Below, piece after piece: positions 50,164-63,554 of a DNA stretch of 64,000 bases. The position numbers and the translations under genes are program-made. Source of the DNA: Candidatus Eiseniibacteriota bacterium (lineage in GTDB: Bacteria; Eisenbacteria; RBG-16-71-46; SZUA-252). Numbering within the stretch: position 1 is the stretch's first letter; each line of letters begins with the position of its first letter. Under the pieces are notes generated by a model that worked only from the letters and a program-made list of their open reading frames with translations, ran no database searches and was not told the DNA's origin. The DNA lies in assembly GCA_963703225.1 (NCBI GenBank), contig OY969801.1, forward strand, positions 864,001 through 928,000, written 5' to 3'.

Positions 50164-51483
50164 TTGCTTGAGGAGCTGAGCGAGCGGCTTTCCGGCGTCT
50201 TCCGCAAGTTGCTGGGGCGGGGCCGGTTGAGCGACCAGGACGTCCGCGATGCGCTGCGGGAGATCCGGCGGGTCCTGCTCGAGGCCGACGTCAATCTGGA
50301 CGTCGCGCGGGCGTTCCTCAAGTCGGTCGAGGAGCGCGCGGTCGGCGCGGACCTTCTCCGGAGCGTCACGCCCGGCCAGCAGATCGTCAAGATCGTCCAC
50401 GAGGAGCTGATTCGGCTTCTCGGCGGCAGCGGCGCCGCGGCGATGCAGTTCCCGTCCAACCGCGCGGCGGTGGTCCTCCTCGCGGGGCTTCAGGGCTCGG
50501 GGAAGACGACGACCGCGGCGAAGGTCGCGCGGCACTGGAAGGAACGCGGGAAGCGGGTGCTCTTGGCCGCGCTCGATCTCAAGCGGCCCGCGGCGATCGA
50601 TCAGCTCGAGGTCCTCGGTCGTTCGATCTCGGTTCCGGTGCACGCGGATCGCGAGGCCAAGGATCCGGTCGCGCTGGCCAAGGCGAGCCGGGCGCGCGCC
50701 GATCGGGAGGGCTTCGACCTCCTGATCGCGGACACGGCGGGGCGGCTGCACGTCGACGAAGAGCTGATGGACGAGGTCGCCCGGGTCCAGGCCGCACTCG
50801 AGCCGCACGATACGCTGCTGGTACTCGACGGCATGACCGGCCAGGATGCGGTGTCGGTGGCCGAGGCGTTCGTCAAGCGGCTCCGGGTCAGCGGTTTCAT
50901 CCTGACGAAGATGGACGGCGACGCGCGGGGTGGCGCGGCGCTCTCGCTCCGCGCCGTCTGCGGGGCGCCCATCCGCTACATGGGGGTGGGCGAAAAGCTG
51001 GACGGGCTCGAGCCCTTCCATGCCGATCGGCTGGCGTCGCGGATTCTCGGCATGGGGGACGTGCTCACGCTGGTCGAGCGCGCCCAGGAGCGGCTCGACC
51101 TGGGGAAGGCCGAGGCGCTCGAGAAGAAGCTCCGCAAGGAGCGCTTTACGCTGGAGGATTTTCTCGGCCAGCTCCAGGAGATGAAGAAGCTGGGGCCGCT
51201 CGAGGAAATCGTGAAGATGTTGCCGGGGGTCAAGCTCCCGGCGGGCGCCCAGGTCGACGAGCGCGATCTCAAGAGGACCGAGGCGATCATCCAGTCGATG
51301 ACCCGCGAGGAGCGCGAGCGCCCCGCGATCATCAACGGCAGCCGCCGCAAGCGGATCGCCCGCGGCAGCGGCACGACGGTGCAGGACGTGAATCGGCTGC
51401 TCCGGCAGTTCGAGCAGACGCAGACGATGTTGAAGCGCCTTGGCGGCGGACGGCGCGGCAAGCTCCCCATGGGGCTTCGCTAG
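50164..51483 (+). CDS. ffh: Signal recognition particle protein
   Basis: [38 protein letters not shown]-domain [11 protein letters not shown]. Confidence 0.98.
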   Translation: MLEELSERLSGVFRKLLGRGRLSDQDVRDALREIRRVLLEADVNLDVARAFLKSVEERAVGADLLRSVTPGQQIVKIVHEELIRLLGGSGAAAMQFPSNRAAVVLLAGLQGSGKTTTAAKVARHWKERGKRVLLAALDLKRPAAIDQLEVLGRSISVPVHADREAKDPVALAKASRARADREGFDLLIADTAGRLHVDEELMDEVARVQAALEPHDTLLVLDGMTGQDAVSVAEAFVKRLRVSGFILTKMDGDARGGAALSLRAVCGAPIRYMGVGEKLDGLEPFHADRLASRILGMGDVLTLVERAQERLDLGKAEALEKKLRKERFTLEDFLGQLQEMKKLGPLEEIVKMLPGVKLPAGAQVDERDLKRTEAIIQSMTREERERPAIINGSRRKRIARGSGTTVQDVNRLLRQFEQTQTMLKRLGGGRRGKLPMGLR

Positions 51484-51526
51484 CGCCGCGGTCGGGCGCC
51501 CGGTATCCACTGGGAGGAATTCAGGA

Positions 51527-52009
51527 ATGTCCGTGGTCATTCGAATGAAACGCGCGGGCGCCAAGAAGCGCCCGTTCTTCCGCGTCGTCGTCACCGATTC
51601 GAGAAATCCGCGCGATGGGCGCTACATCGAGCAGCTCGGCTACTACGATCCCCTCACCAATCCCGCGACGTTCAAGATCGACGCCGATCGGTTCTCCGAG
51701 TGGATTCGCCGCGGCGCGCTGCCGTCGGAATCGGTCGGGGTGATGGTCGGGAAGCACGCGCCCGAGGCGCTCCGTCCCGCCCCCGCCGTACTCCCGATGG
51801 AGGAGCCCGCCCCCGTCACGGAGGAGAAGGCGCCGAAGCCGAAGAAGGCCAAGGCCGCCAAGACGAAGGCGGCGAAGACCAAAGCCGCCCGCAAGCCGAG
51901 GGCAGTGACCAAGGGCAGCGAGAAGAAGGCCAAGGGGCGCGCCAAGGCGAAGTCGCGGAAGGCGAGCGGCACGGCCAAGCCGAGGAAGGCCAAGAAGGCC
52001 AAGAAGTAG
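51527..52009 (+). CDS. rpsP: 30S ribosomal protein S16 with long Lys/Ala-rich C-terminal extension
   Basis: [41 protein letters not shown]; position after ffh. Confidence 0.96.
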   Translation: MSVVIRMKRAGAKKRPFFRVVVTDSRNPRDGRYIEQLGYYDPLTNPATFKIDADRFSEWIRRGALPSESVGVMVGKHAPEALRPAPAVLPMEEPAPVTEEKAPKPKKAKAAKTKAAKTKAARKPRAVTKGSEKKAKGRAKAKSRKASGTAKPRKAKKAKK

Positions 52010-52020
52010 GAGGCGCCATC

Positions 52021-52253
52021 GTGAAGGGTTTGATCGAATACTGCGCGCGCCGTCTCGTCGACCATCCCGAAGGGGTGCACGTCGACGAGCACGACACCGG
52101 CGAGACCACCGTGCTCACGCTTCGCGTCATGCCCGGGGGATCTCGGGCAAGGTGATCGGCCGCGAGGGGCGCACGGCCCAGGCCATGCGGCTTCTCCTCT
52201 CGGCGGCCGCAGCGTCCTCGGGGCGTCGCGCGACGCTCGAGATTGCCGACTGA
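52021..52253 (+). CDS. khpA: KH-domain RNA-binding protein (apparent frameshift near 52137)
   Basis: LVDHPEGV..LRV..DLGKVIGREGRTAQAMR; conserved rpsP-khpA-rimM order. Confidence 0.9.
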
Positions 52254-52781
52254 GACCGGCGACGAGCCCGTCCTCGTCGGGATCATCGCGCGGGCGCACG
52301 GTCTCGGTGGAGAAGTCGTCGTGGATTCGTACAGCGACTCCCCCGACTCGTTACGCGGCTGGGGAGTGTCCTGGCCGCGGAGTTCCCCTCAGGGAAATCG
52401 GCCCGCTTCGTCGTCCTCACGTCGCGTCCGTTCCAAGACCGGCTCCTCGTTCGGTTCGAAGGCGTCTCGGATCGCACCCAGGCGGAGGCGCTCCACGGGG
52501 CCAACCTCACCATCCCGCGCCGCGACGTGGCGCCGTTGCCCGAAGGGCAGCACTACCGGTTCGAGCTGGTGGGGCTCACCGTGCATACGCGCGAAGGAGA
52601 GGAGATGGGCCAAATCGAGGATGTCTTCTCGACCGGGAGCAACGACGTCTTTGTGATTCGCGGCCCCGAGGGTGAGGTCTTGCTGCCGGCCACCGCCGAG
52701 GTGATCGTGGCGATCGACCTCGACGCCGGGACGATGACCGTCGCCCCGCCGCCGGGGCTCCCGGGCTGGAGCGACGACTGA
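52243..52781 (+). CDS. rimM: Ribosome maturation factor RimM (apparent frameshifts near 52350-52400)
   Basis: VGIIARAHGLGGEV, DRTQAEAL.G, YRFELVGLTV, STGSNDV, LLPA. Confidence 0.92.
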
Positions 52782-52784
52782 GCC

Positions 52785-53526
52785 GTGCGCGTCTCGATCC
52801 TGACGCTCAATCCTGGGTTCTTTGAGGGCCCGCTCGGCGAGGGGATGATCCGGATCGGCCGGGAGAAGGGGAATCGTCGACGTGGCCCTGGTTCCCATCC
52901 GGGACTTCGCGACCGACCGCTACGGAACGACCGACGACTCGCCGTACGGGGGCGGCGCCGGGATGGTGATGAAGGCCGACACGATCGTGAGCGCGTGCGA
53001 GAGCGCCCGCGCCGCGAGTGGGGGGAAGGCGCGCGTTCTGGTGACCTCGCCCCAGGGCCGGCGGCTGACGCAAGCCTGGGTGCGCGAGCTCGCGCAGGAG
53101 GAGCACCTGATCGTGATTTCGGGGCGGTACAAGGGGATCGACGAGCGGGTGATCCCGATTCTGGAGGCGGAGGAGGTTTCGATCGGAGACTACGTGCTCT
53201 CGGGGGGAGAGGCGGCGGCGCTTGTGATCCTGGACGCCGTGACGAGGCTCCAGCCGGGGGTTCTGGGGGACGCGGGGTCGGCGGAGGCCGATTCGTTTTC
53301 GGAGGCGCTTTTGGACGCTCCCGTGTACACTCGCCCGGAAGATTTTCGCGGTCATCGAGTTCCCGAGATCCTGCTGGGCGGAAACCACGAGCAGATCAGG
53401 CTCTGGAGGCGCCGCGAGGCTCTCCGGCGAACCGCGACGCGGCGGCCCGACCTGCTCTCGGGCCGCGCGATGAGCGACGAAGACAAGAGACTCTTGGACG
53501 AGATAAAGAGGGAGGAAGGACGATGA
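52785..53526 (+). CDS. trmD: tRNA (guanine-N1)-methyltransferase (apparent frameshift near 52872)
   Basis: [48 protein letters not shown]. Confidence 0.96.
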
Positions 53527-53885
53527 GTGTGTTGGAGCGGTTCGAAGCCCGGTTCAAGACCGACCGGACGCTGGACTTTGGGCCCGGCGACACGGTGCGT
53601 GTGCACGTGCGCGTGATCGAGGGAGAGAAGGAGCGCTCCCAGATCTTCCACGGGGTCGTCACGAACGTTCGCGGTAGCGGGATACGGTCGAGCTTCACCG
53701 TGAGGAAGGTCTCGGGCGGCATCGGCGTGGAGCGCACGTTTCCGCTTCACTCGCCGGCCGTCGCCAAGATCGAGCTGGCGCGGAAGGGAAAGGTGCGGCG
53801 CGCGAAGCTCTTCTACCTTCGTGGCAGGAGAGGAAAGGCGGCCAAAGTGGAAGAGCGGGACAAGCTCGGGGGCGATGGCGCGTAG
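53523..53885 (+). CDS. rplS: 50S ribosomal protein L19
   Basis: [41 protein letters not shown]. Confidence 0.97.
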   Translation: MSVLERFEARFKTDRTLDFGPGDTVRVHVRVIEGEKERSQIFHGVVTNVRGSGIRSSFTVRKVSGGIGVERTFPLHSPAVAKIELARKGKVRRAKLFYLRGRRGKAAKVEERDKLGGDGA

Positions 53886-54513
53886 GCGGCTCGCCCGCTT
53901 TGACGACGAGTACCGCGCGCGCTGGGGCGATCTCCTGGCAGGGATCGACGAGGCGGGCCGCGGGCCGCTTGCCGGCCCCGTGGTGGCGGCCTGCGTGGCC
54001 CTCCAGCCCGGAGCCAAGCTGCGCGGGGTGCAAGACTCCAAGACGCTGACCGCGCGGGAGCGCGACGAGGCGTCGGTCCGGATTCGTGGCGAAGCGGCAG
54101 GAGTCGGGGTGGGGATCGCGAGCGTCGCCGAGGTGGACGCGTTCAATATCCGCATGGCCACGCTGCTCGCCATGCGGCGGTCGCTGACGGCCCTGGGGCT
54201 CCAACCCCAGGGCCTTCTCGTCGACGGCCGGGATACGATTGGGGTGGAGCTTTCCTGCGAGGCGGTGATCGACGGCGACGCCAAGAGCCAGGCCGTCGCG
54301 GCCGCATCGATCGTGGCCAAGGTGACGCGCGACGCGCTCATGACCGAGGACGACGCGCGCTATCCGCTCTACGGCTTCTCCCAGAACAAGGGGTACGGCA
54401 CGCCGGAGCACCTGGAAGCGCTCCGGCTCCACGGACCCTGCTCCATCCATCGCAGGAGCTTCCGCCCCGTCCGGGAGCTCCTCTTCGTGCAGTGGGCGTT
54501 CGAGGGCTTCTGA
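53875..54513 (+). CDS. rnhB: Ribonuclease HII
   Basis: [42 protein letters not shown]. Confidence 0.97.
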   Translation: MARRRLARFDDEYRARWGDLLAGIDEAGRGPLAGPVVAACVALQPGAKLRGVQDSKTLTARERDEASVRIRGEAAGVGVGIASVAEVDAFNIRMATLLAMRRSLTALGLQPQGLLVDGRDTIGVELSCEAVIDGDAKSQAVAAASIVAKVTRDALMTEDDARYPLYGFSQNKGYGTPEHLEALRLHGPCSIHRRSFRPVRELLFVQWAFEGF

Positions 54514-54528
54514 TCGGCGGGAGCGGGA

Positions 54529-54930
54529 ATGGGAAGGCTCAGGGCGGAGGAGTGGCGGGAGCGGGCGGCCCGCTGCGGGGAGCGGATCGCGGACGCGTTC
54601 TGCGCCCTGCGCGGATATGAAGTCATCGACCGAAATGTCCGGGAAGGGCGCGGCGAGATCGACCTGGTCGCGCTCGACCGAGAGACGGTCGTCTTCGTCG
54701 AGGTCAAGTTTCGGACGGGCCGCGATCACGCGGCTCCGTTGCTCGCCGTGAACTGGAAGAAGCGGGAGGACGTGGCAAGGACCGCCGCGCTCTATCTCTC
54801 GCGGCGCGGCCTAATCGGGCGCCCGGTACGTTTCGACGTGATCGGGATTACGTGGGGGACCGATGGATCGGAGCTCCGTGTCGAGCACGTCCCCAACGCG
54901 TTCCCCGGCGGCCGGCGCCAGTTCTTCTGA
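54529..54930 (+). CDS. YraN (UPF0102) family protein
   Basis: GE..A, GEIDLVA, VFVEVK, RFDVI, NAF; follows rnhB. Confidence 0.92.
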   Translation: MGRLRAEEWRERAARCGERIADAFCALRGYEVIDRNVREGRGEIDLVALDRETVVFVEVKFRTGRDHAAPLLAVNWKKREDVARTAALYLSRRGLIGRPVRFDVIGITWGTDGSELRVEHVPNAFPGGRRQFF

Positions 54931-54949
54931 GCGCCGCGGCGCGAATCCC

Positions 54950-56083
54950 GTGTCGAAGCGGATCCTCATCCTCCACGTGCGCGCGGGCGCCGGCCACGAG
55001 CGCGCGGCCCGCGCGGTCGCCGTCGCGATCGAGCGGTTGGCACCCGGGACCGCCACCTCGGTCAACGACGCCCTCGATTTCTCGTCGCGGTTTCTCCGCA
55101 CGACCTATGCGTCCTCCTACAACCGCGTCGTCGCCCGGGCCCCCCGCGTCTGGGGCGTGGTCTACAAGCGCACGGCGCATCCCTACGATTCCTGGCGGCA
55201 GCGGCTCCGGACCTGGCTCGCCGTCTGGGGGAGCCCCGGCTACCAGGCGGTGATCGACCATTTTCGGCCTGAGGCGATCCTCTGCACCCAATTCCTGCCG
55301 GCGGAGGTTCTCGCGAGGTGGCGGGAAAAGTCGAAGCTCCAGGTCCCCGTCGCCACGGTGATCACCGACTTCGCGATCCATCCCGTCTGGGTCTATCGAG
55401 GGGTCGACCGCTATTTCGTCGCCACCGAGTCGGTACGGGAAGAGCTGATCGACACCGGGCTCGTTCCATCGGAGCGGATCGACGTGACCGGCGTGCCGAT
55501 CGATCCGCGCTTCGCGGTGCCGATCCCGAAAGCGGAGGCGCGCCGGCTTCTGGGCCTCGATCCCGATCCCTCGCGGCTCACGATCCTGCTCGTCGGCGGC
55601 GGATTTGGCTGGGGGCCGCTCCCGGGAATGCTCGAGGTGCTGCTGGAGCTGCCCACGAGCGTCCAAGCCCTCGTGATCGCCGGCAAGAACGACCGGCTTC
55701 GAGCGCGGCTCCACGAGATGGCGCGCGGCCACGGGCCCCGGATTCAGGTGCACGGATTCACCGACCAGATGGATCTCTTCATGGCGGCCTCCGACCTGAT
55801 CGTCGGAAAATCGGGAGGGCTCACGTCGAGCGAAGCGATGGCCCGCGGCGTTCCGCTCCTGGTCTACCGCCCGATCCCCGGGCAGGAGGAGCGAAACTGC
55901 GACTTCCTCCAAGAGAGCGGTTCCGCCGTTCGGGTCCACGACCTCGACGAGCTTCACTATCGCCTCCATCACTTCCTCGCGAACCCGGAGCATCTGGAGC
56001 GGATGCGGGAGCGGGCTTTCGCGATCGGCCGCCCCCGCTCGGCATTCGACGTGGCCCGAAAGCTCTTGGATATGGCGGGGTGA
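54950..56083 (+). CDS. UgtP/MGDG-synthase-family glycosyltransferase
   Basis: GAGHERAA, TVITDF, VTGVPI, GGGFG, KSGGLTSSEA, PIPGQEERN. Confidence 0.9.
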   Translation: MSKRILILHVRAGAGHERAARAVAVAIERLAPGTATSVNDALDFSSRFLRTTYASSYNRVVARAPRVWGVVYKRTAHPYDSWRQRLRTWLAVWGSPGYQAVIDHFRPEAILCTQFLPAEVLARWREKSKLQVPVATVITDFAIHPVWVYRGVDRYFVATESVREELIDTGLVPSERIDVTGVPIDPRFAVPIPKAEARRLLGLDPDPSRLTILLVGGGFGWGPLPGMLEVLLELPTSVQALVIAGKNDRLRARLHEMARGHGPRIQVHGFTDQMDLFMAASDLIVGKSGGLTSSEAMARGVPLLVYRPIPGQEERNCDFLQESGSAVRVHDLDELHYRLHHFLANPEHLERMRERAFAIGRPRSAFDVARKLLDMAG

Positions 56084-56100
56084 AATGATAGGATGCTTCA

Positions 56101-56685
56101 ATGGGTGCGACCGTCGCAAGTGACAGCGCCACAGAGGGATCGGCCGATCCGGTAGAAGCCCGAGAGACCCGCACGGGGGTCCTCCTCGTCATCACCGGGA
56201 ACGGGAAGGGAAAGACGACCTCCGGCTTTGGCGCGGCCCTCCGCGCGCTCGGCCACGGTTTCCGGGTTGCCGTCATCCAATTCATGAAGGGGCGGATCTA
56301 CGGCGAGCTGGAGGTCCTCCGGTCGCTCCCCGGCGTCGAGGTTTGGCAATTTGGTCGCAATGTCTTTGTCGACCCCAAGAATCTCGATCCGCGCGACGTG
56401 GCGCTCGCGCGCCAGGGCATGGACAAGGCGTGGGAGGTGGTGCGCGGGGGCCAGCACGATCTGCTCATCCTGGACGAGATCAACGTCGTGGCCGACTTTG
56501 GGCTCGTGCCGGTCGCCGAGGTGCTCGAGCTCGCCCGCTCGCGGCCGCGCTGGATGGATCTGATCGCGACCGGGCGGAACGCGCCCGCGCCGCTGATTGA
56601 ATTGGCCGACACCGTGAGCGAAGTGCGCGAGATCAAGCATCACTACAAGAAGGGCATCGAGTCGCGCGCCGGGATGGAGTATTGA
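56101..56685 (+). CDS. cobO: Cob(I)alamin adenosyltransferase (CobA/CobO/BtuR type)
   Basis: TGNGKGKTT, IQFMKG, ILDEI, TGRNAP, ADTVSE, KHHY..G..Y. Confidence 0.93.
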   Translation: MGATVASDSATEGSADPVEARETRTGVLLVITGNGKGKTTSGFGAALRALGHGFRVAVIQFMKGRIYGELEVLRSLPGVEVWQFGRNVFVDPKNLDPRDVALARQGMDKAWEVVRGGQHDLLILDEINVVADFGLVPVAEVLELARSRPRWMDLIATGRNAPAPLIELADTVSEVREIKHHYKKGIESRAGMEY

Positions 56686-57656
56686 CGCCAACGGCCGCTC
56701 CGGGCGTTTCGACCCTCGCCGATGACGTGCTTCGCGGAGACCCGCGGGCGGCGGCCCGCGCGATGAGCTGGATCGAAAACGGGGCGGCCGACGCTGAGGC
56801 GCTCCTCGACGCCGTGTATGGAAAGAAGCCGGCGGCGCCGCGGGTCGGGATCACGGGACCTCCGGGCGCCGGCAAGAGCACGCTGGTCGCGGAATACGCA
56901 AGGCTGCTCCGTGGGGAAGGCCTCCGGGTGGGGGTGGTCGCGGTCGATCCGACCAGCCCGTTCACCGGTGGCGCGATCCTGGGGGACCGGGTCCGGATGG
57001 GAGAGCACGCCACCGACCCGGAGGTGTTCATCCGCAGCATGGCGACCCGGGGAAGCCTCGGGGGGCTGGCCGCGCGCACCGGAGATCTCTGTGAGATCCT
57101 CGATGCCTGGGGCAGCCAGACCACGCTCATCGAGACGGTGGGCGTGGGGCAGTCGGAGCTGGACGTGGCCGAAACCGCGGACACCGTCGCCGTCGTGCTG
57201 ACGCCGGAGTCGGGGGACGCGATCCAGGCGCTCAAGGCCGGCCTCATGGAGATCGCCGACGTGATCGTTCTCAATAAGGCCGATCATGTGGGGGTCGACG
57301 CGATGGAGGCGGCGCTCCGCTCCTCGCTCGCGTTCCGGAAGGACGGCGGCTGGCGGCCGCCGATCGTGCGGACCATCGCCATCGAGCGGGCGGGGATCGG
57401 TGCGATGCATCAAGCGCTGCTCGAGCATCGCGCGTACGCGGCGAGGCCCGAGGTGTCGGGTCCGATCCGGCGAAAGAAGACCCGGTTGCGGCTTCGAAAC
57501 GCGGTGCGCGAGGAGCTGCTGGAGGCGTGTCTGACCGGCCGGGGGCTCGAGGCCGAGCTGGAGCGCGCGGTGGAGCGCGTCGTGCGGGGCGAGGTTTCGC
57601 CGCACCGCGCGGCTCGCGACCTGATGGAAAGGATGATTCCACATGGCGAACGGTAA
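56682..57656 (+). CDS. meaB: Mutase-associated GTPase (MeaB/ArgK family)
   Basis: [46 protein letters not shown]. Confidence 0.95.
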   Translation: MTPTAAPGVSTLADDVLRGDPRAAARAMSWIENGAADAEALLDAVYGKKPAAPRVGITGPPGAGKSTLVAEYARLLRGEGLRVGVVAVDPTSPFTGGAILGDRVRMGEHATDPEVFIRSMATRGSLGGLAARTGDLCEILDAWGSQTTLIETVGVGQSELDVAETADTVAVVLTPESGDAIQALKAGLMEIADVIVLNKADHVGVDAMEAALRSSLAFRKDGGWRPPIVRTIAIERAGIGAMHQALLEHRAYAARPEVSGPIRRKKTRLRLRNAVREELLEACLTGRGLEAELERAVERVVRGEVSPHRAARDLMERMIPHGER

Positions 57657-59318
57657 GACCGGAATGACCGCCGCGAAGGCGCTGCGAAATTTGCCGCGGA
57701 AAGCGGCGAAGCCGGAGGAGGCCGGGTACCCGCCCAAGGCGTTCTTCGAGACCCTCTCCGGCATCCCCGTGAAGCCGCTCTACACGGGTGCCGATATTCC
57801 CGCCGACCGGGAGGCCAGCGTCGGCCGTCCCGGCGAATTTCCGTTCACGCGCGGCCTCCACCCGGAGATGTACCGGACCCGTCTCTGGACGATGCGCCAG
57901 TTCGCGGGGTTCGGCACCGCCGAGCACACGAACCAGCGCTTCCATTACCTCCTGGCCCAGGGAATGACGGGGCTCTCCACCGCGTTCGACATGCCCACCC
58001 TGATGGGATACGACCCCGACCACCCGATGTCCCTGGGCGAAGTCGGCCGCGAGGGCGTGGCGGTCTCCTCGCTCGAGGACATGGAGATCCTCTTCCGGGG
58101 CATCCCGCTCGACGAGGTCACCACCTCGATGACGATCAACGCGCCGGCGGTCGTTCTGCTCGCGATGTACGTCGCCGTGGCGGAGAAGCAGGGGCATTCC
58201 GCCCGAGAAGCTCGGCGGGACCCTCCAGGCCGACATGCTGAAGGAGTTCATCGCGCAGAAGGAGTGGATCGTTCCGCCCCGGCCCTCGGTCAAGATCTGC
58301 GTCGACATGATCGAGTGGTGCGCGCGAGCACATGCCGAAGTGGAACTCGATCTCGATCAGCGGCTACCACATCCGCGAGGCGGGCGCGACCGCCGTTCAG
58401 GAGCTGGCGTTCACCATCGCGGACGGCATCGGCTACGTCGAGGAGTGCGTGAAGCGCGGAATGGATGTCGACGACTTCGCGCCGCGGCTCTCCTTCTTCT
58501 GGGACGTGCACAACGACTTCTTCGAGGAGATCGCCAAGTTCCGCGCGGGGCGGCGCATCTGGGCCACCCTCATGCGCGACCGCTTCCACGCCAAGAATCC
58601 GCGGAGCTGGCAGCTCCGCACCCACGCGCAGACCGCGGGGGTCTCGCTGACGGCGCAGCAGCCGCTCAACAACGTCGCCCGGGTGGCGCTCCAGGCTCTG
58701 GCCGCGGTCCTGGGCGGGACGCAGTCGCTCCACACCAACTCCATGGACGAGACGCTCGCGCTTCCCACCGAGGAGGCGGCGACGGTCGCGCTCCGCACCC
58801 AGCAGATCATCGCGTACGAGTCGGGCGTCGTGGGCACGCCCGATCCGCTCGGCGGCTCCTATTTCGTGGAGGCCCTCACCGATCGGGTCGAAGAGGAGGC
58901 GCTCCGCTACATCCGGCGCATCGACGAGATGGGCGGCATCATCACGGCGGTGGAGCGCGGATATCCCCAGAAGGAGATCGCCAACTCCGCGTACAAGTTC
59001 CAGCAGCAGGTGGAGCGTGAGGATCGGATCATCGTCGGGATGAATCGGTTCGTCTCCGACGAGGAGGTGGCGATCCCCGTGCTCAAGATCGATCCAGAGA
59101 TCGAGCGGCGGCAGATCGAGCGGACCCGCGCGGTCCGCGCGAAGCGCGACGCCGCGGCCTACGGTCGGGCCATGGGCGCGCTCCGGGACGCGTGCATGAG
59201 CAAGAAGAACCTGGTGCCGTTCGTGCTCGACGCGGTCCGCGCGTACGCCACGCTCGGCGAGGTCAGCGATGTCTTCCGGGAAGCCTACGGCGTCTACCGG
59301 GAGCCCGCGGTCTTCTAG
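57643..59318 (+). CDS. icmA: B12-dependent acyl-CoA mutase large subunit, isobutyryl-CoA mutase type (apparent frameshifts near 58198 and 58325)
   Basis: [48 protein letters not shown]; Phe/Gln at the positions of MCM Tyr89/Arg207. Confidence 0.85.
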
Positions 59319-59338
59319 CGGCGGAGGGAGCGAAGCTC

Positions 59339-59776
59339 GTGCGAAAGATCCGCGTGCTGGTGGCGAAGGCGGGCCTCGACGGCCACGACCGCGGGGCCAA
59401 GGTGGTCGCCAGCGCCATGCGCGACGCCGGCTTCGAGGTGATCTACACCGGCCTCCACCAGACGCCGGAGATGATCGTCCAGGCCGCCGTCCAGGAGGAC
59501 GTCGACGCCGTGGCCTTGTCGATCCTCTCGGGCGCGCACATGACCCTCTTCCCCCGCGTGCTCACGCTGATGCGGGAGCGGGGAATCCCGGACACGCTCT
59601 TGACCGGCGGCGGGATCATCTCGAAGGAGGACATGGCCGCGCTCCAGTCCCAGGGCGTCGGGGAGCTGTTCGGCCCGGGGACATCCACCGTCGCGATCAT
59701 CGAGTATGTCCGCGACTGGGTGGCCAAGCACCGCGCGCCCAAGGTGGCCGAGGCCAAGGGAGCGAGGGCGCGGTGA
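59339..59776 (+). CDS. icmB: Acyl-CoA mutase small (cobalamin-binding) subunit
   Basis: [13 protein letters not shown] (DxHxxG), SILSGAH, GGII, FGPGT. Confidence 0.88.
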   Translation: MRKIRVLVAKAGLDGHDRGAKVVASAMRDAGFEVIYTGLHQTPEMIVQAAVQEDVDAVALSILSGAHMTLFPRVLTLMRERGIPDTLLTGGGIISKEDMAALQSQGVGELFGPGTSTVAIIEYVRDWVAKHRAPKVAEAKGARAR

Positions 59777-59792
59777 ATCGCGGAGGGGACCG

Positions 59793-60509
59793 GTGAACAA
59801 GGTCGTCAAGGACGCCACGGAGGCGCTCGAACGGGCCGGGATCCAGGACGGCGCGACGATCGTCCTGGGAGGCTTCGGCCTCTGCGGGATTCCGGAAAAC
59901 CTGATCCTCGCGCTCCGGGAGTCGGGCGTGAAGAACCTCACCTGCGTCTCGAACAACGCGGGGGTGGATGACTGGGGTTTGGGGCTTTTGCTCAAGACCC
60001 GGCAGATCAAGAAGATGATCTCGAGCTACGTTGGCGAGAACCAAACCTTCGAGCGCCAGTACCTGGACGGCGAGCTGGAGGTGGAGCTGGTCCCCCAGGG
60101 GACGCTGGCGGAGCGGGTGCGCGCCGGCGGCGCCGGGATCGGCGGGTTCTACACGCCGACGGGCGTGGGGACGATGGTGGCGGAAGGGAAGGAGACCCGG
60201 GTCATCTCGGGCCGGGAATACGTGCTCGAAATGCCGATTCGGGGCGACTTCGCATTCGTCAAGGCGTGGAAGGGCGACCAGACGGGGAATCTCCTCTACC
60301 GGATGTCGGCGAGGAACTTCAATCCGATGGCCGCCACCGCGGGCAATGTCACGCTCGCCGAGGTGGAGCATCTCGTGCCGGCCGGCGGGATCGAGCCCGA
60401 CCAAGTGGTGACGCCGGGCATTTTCGTCGACTGCATTTTCCAGGGGATCTATGGACCCAAGCGAATCGAAAAGAGAACGAATCGTCCGGCGGGCGGCGCT
60501 CGAGCTTAA
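59793..60509 (+). CDS. scoA: 3-oxoacid CoA-transferase subunit A
   Basis: [45 protein letters not shown]. Confidence 0.95.
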   Translation: MNKVVKDATEALERAGIQDGATIVLGGFGLCGIPENLILALRESGVKNLTCVSNNAGVDDWGLGLLLKTRQIKKMISSYVGENQTFERQYLDGELEVELVPQGTLAERVRAGGAGIGGFYTPTGVGTMVAEGKETRVISGREYVLEMPIRGDFAFVKAWKGDQTGNLLYRMSARNFNPMAATAGNVTLAEVEHLVPAGGIEPDQVVTPGIFVDCIFQGIYGPKRIEKRTNRPAGGARA

Positions 60510-61113
60510 GGACGGCTTTTACGTCAATCTCGGGATCGGCATGCCGACCCTGGTGGCGAACTACATCCCACCCGGGATGGACGTGATCTTGCAGTCCGAG
60601 AACGGCGTGCTCGGCGTGGGGCCGTACCCGGAGGAGGGGAAAGAGGACGCCGATCTGATCAACGCCGGGAAGGAGACGATCACGGTCCTTCCGGGGGCCT
60701 CCTTCTTCTCGAGCGCCGACTCCTTCGCGATGGTTCGAGGGGGGCACGTCGACCTCACGATCCTCGGGGCGATGGAGGTGGACCAAGAGGGCAACCTGGC
60801 GAATTGGATGATCCCTGGAAAGATGGTGAAAGGGATGGGTGGTGCCATGGACCTTGTGGCCGGCGCGAAGCGGGTGGTGGTCACCATGCTCCACACCGCG
60901 AAGGACGGCGCCTCGAAGGTTCTCAAGAAGTGCGCGCTTCCCCTGACGGGGCGAAAGGTGGTCGACCTGATCATCACCGACCTCGCCGTCATGGAAGTCG
61001 CGCATGAGGGGCTCAAACTGGTCGAGCGGGCGCCCGGCGTCTCGGTGGACGAGATCATCAAGGCGACCGAAGCCGAGCTCCTGATCGACGAAGTCTGCGA
61101 GATGCCGGTATGA
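60451..61113 (+). CDS. scoB: 3-oxoacid CoA-transferase subunit B
   Basis: [20 protein letters not shown] (catalytic Glu), [18 protein letters not shown]. Confidence 0.95.
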   Translation: MDPSESKRERIVRRAALELKDGFYVNLGIGMPTLVANYIPPGMDVILQSENGVLGVGPYPEEGKEDADLINAGKETITVLPGASFFSSADSFAMVRGGHVDLTILGAMEVDQEGNLANWMIPGKMVKGMGGAMDLVAGAKRVVVTMLHTAKDGASKVLKKCALPLTGRKVVDLIITDLAVMEVAHEGLKLVERAPGVSVDEIIKATEAELLIDEVCEMPV

Positions 61114-61129
61114 CCGGCGAAAGGATCCG

Positions 61130-62323
61130 ATGCCGACCATGACCGGGACTCGCAAGGACGAGATCTACGATCTCACGGATGAGCAGTGCGAGTGGCGCGA
61201 CACCCTCCGCGAATTCGCCGATGGCGAGATCGCCCCGGGCGCCGCGCGGCTCGACGACGCGGGCGAGTTTCCCTGGGACAACGTCAAGAAGATGGCCGAC
61301 CTCGGCCTCTTTGGGATCATCTTCCCGGAGCAGTACGGCGGGGGCGGCTTTGGCACCCTGGAATACGTGCTCGCGGTGGAGGAGATCTCGAGGGCCTGCG
61401 CCTCCACCGGAATCACCCTCGCCGCCCACGTCTCCCTCGGCACGTGGCCGATCTTCAATTTCGGGACCGAGGATCAGAAGCGGCGCTACCTTCCGGCGCT
61501 CTGCTCCGGCGAGCGTCTCGCGGCCTTCGGGCTCACCGAGCCCGAGGCGGGGAGCGATGCCGGCGGGACGAAGACCCGCGCCGTGCTGGACGGGCCGGGC
61601 TACACGATCAACGGTCGAAAGATCTACATCACCAATGGCTCGGTCTGCGGCACGGCGGTTTTCACCGCGGTGACGACGCCCGGGATCGGCGTGAAGGGGA
61701 TCTCGTCCTTCATCGTGGAGAAGGGGGCGCCTGGCTTCACCGCGGGGACCCGCGAGAAGAAGCTGGGGCATCGCGCCAGCGATACGGTGGAGCTGATCTT
61801 CGACAACCTGAAGCTTCCCAAGGAAAACATGCTCGGCCCGGAGGGTGGCGGCTTCAAGCAGTTCATGATGACCCTCGACGGCGGCCGGATCTCGATCGGG
61901 GCCATGTCGCTCGGCATCGCCCAGGCCGCGCTCGACGCCGCGGTGAAGTACGCGAAGGAGCGACGTCAGTTCGGCCGCTCGATCGCGGACTTCCAGGCGA
62001 TCCAGCTCCTCCTGGCCGACATGGTCACCGAGCTCGAGGCCGCCCGGCTCTTGGTCTACCAGACGGCCCGGCTCAAGGACCGCGGGCAGCCGTTCACCCG
62101 CTACGCCGCGATGGCCAAGCTCAAGGCATCCACCGTGGCGATGCGGGCCGCCGATTCGGCCGTGCAGATTCACGGTGGTGCCGGGTACATGACCGATCAT
62201 CCCGTGGAGCGCTACTTCCGCGACGCCAAGCTCATGGAGATCGGAGAGGGCACGTCGCAGATCCAGAAGCTGATCATCGCCAGAGAACTCTTGCGCGAGG
62301 CGGGGTACAAGGTCGGCTCCTAG
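61130..62323 (+). CDS. Acyl-CoA dehydrogenase (short/branched chain)
   Basis: [47 protein letters not shown]. Confidence 0.95.
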   Translation: MPTMTGTRKDEIYDLTDEQCEWRDTLREFADGEIAPGAARLDDAGEFPWDNVKKMADLGLFGIIFPEQYGGGGFGTLEYVLAVEEISRACASTGITLAAHVSLGTWPIFNFGTEDQKRRYLPALCSGERLAAFGLTEPEAGSDAGGTKTRAVLDGPGYTINGRKIYITNGSVCGTAVFTAVTTPGIGVKGISSFIVEKGAPGFTAGTREKKLGHRASDTVELIFDNLKLPKENMLGPEGGGFKQFMMTLDGGRISIGAMSLGIAQAALDAAVKYAKERRQFGRSIADFQAIQLLLADMVTELEAARLLVYQTARLKDRGQPFTRYAAMAKLKASTVAMRAADSAVQIHGGAGYMTDHPVERYFRDAKLMEIGEGTSQIQKLIIARELLREAGYKVGS

Positions 62324-62366
62324 TCGGACGCCTGAGACGCCGCATCGCATCGGAAGGAGAAGGAAC

Positions 62367-63553
<1,187 letters not shown>

Positions 63554-63554
<1 letters not shown>

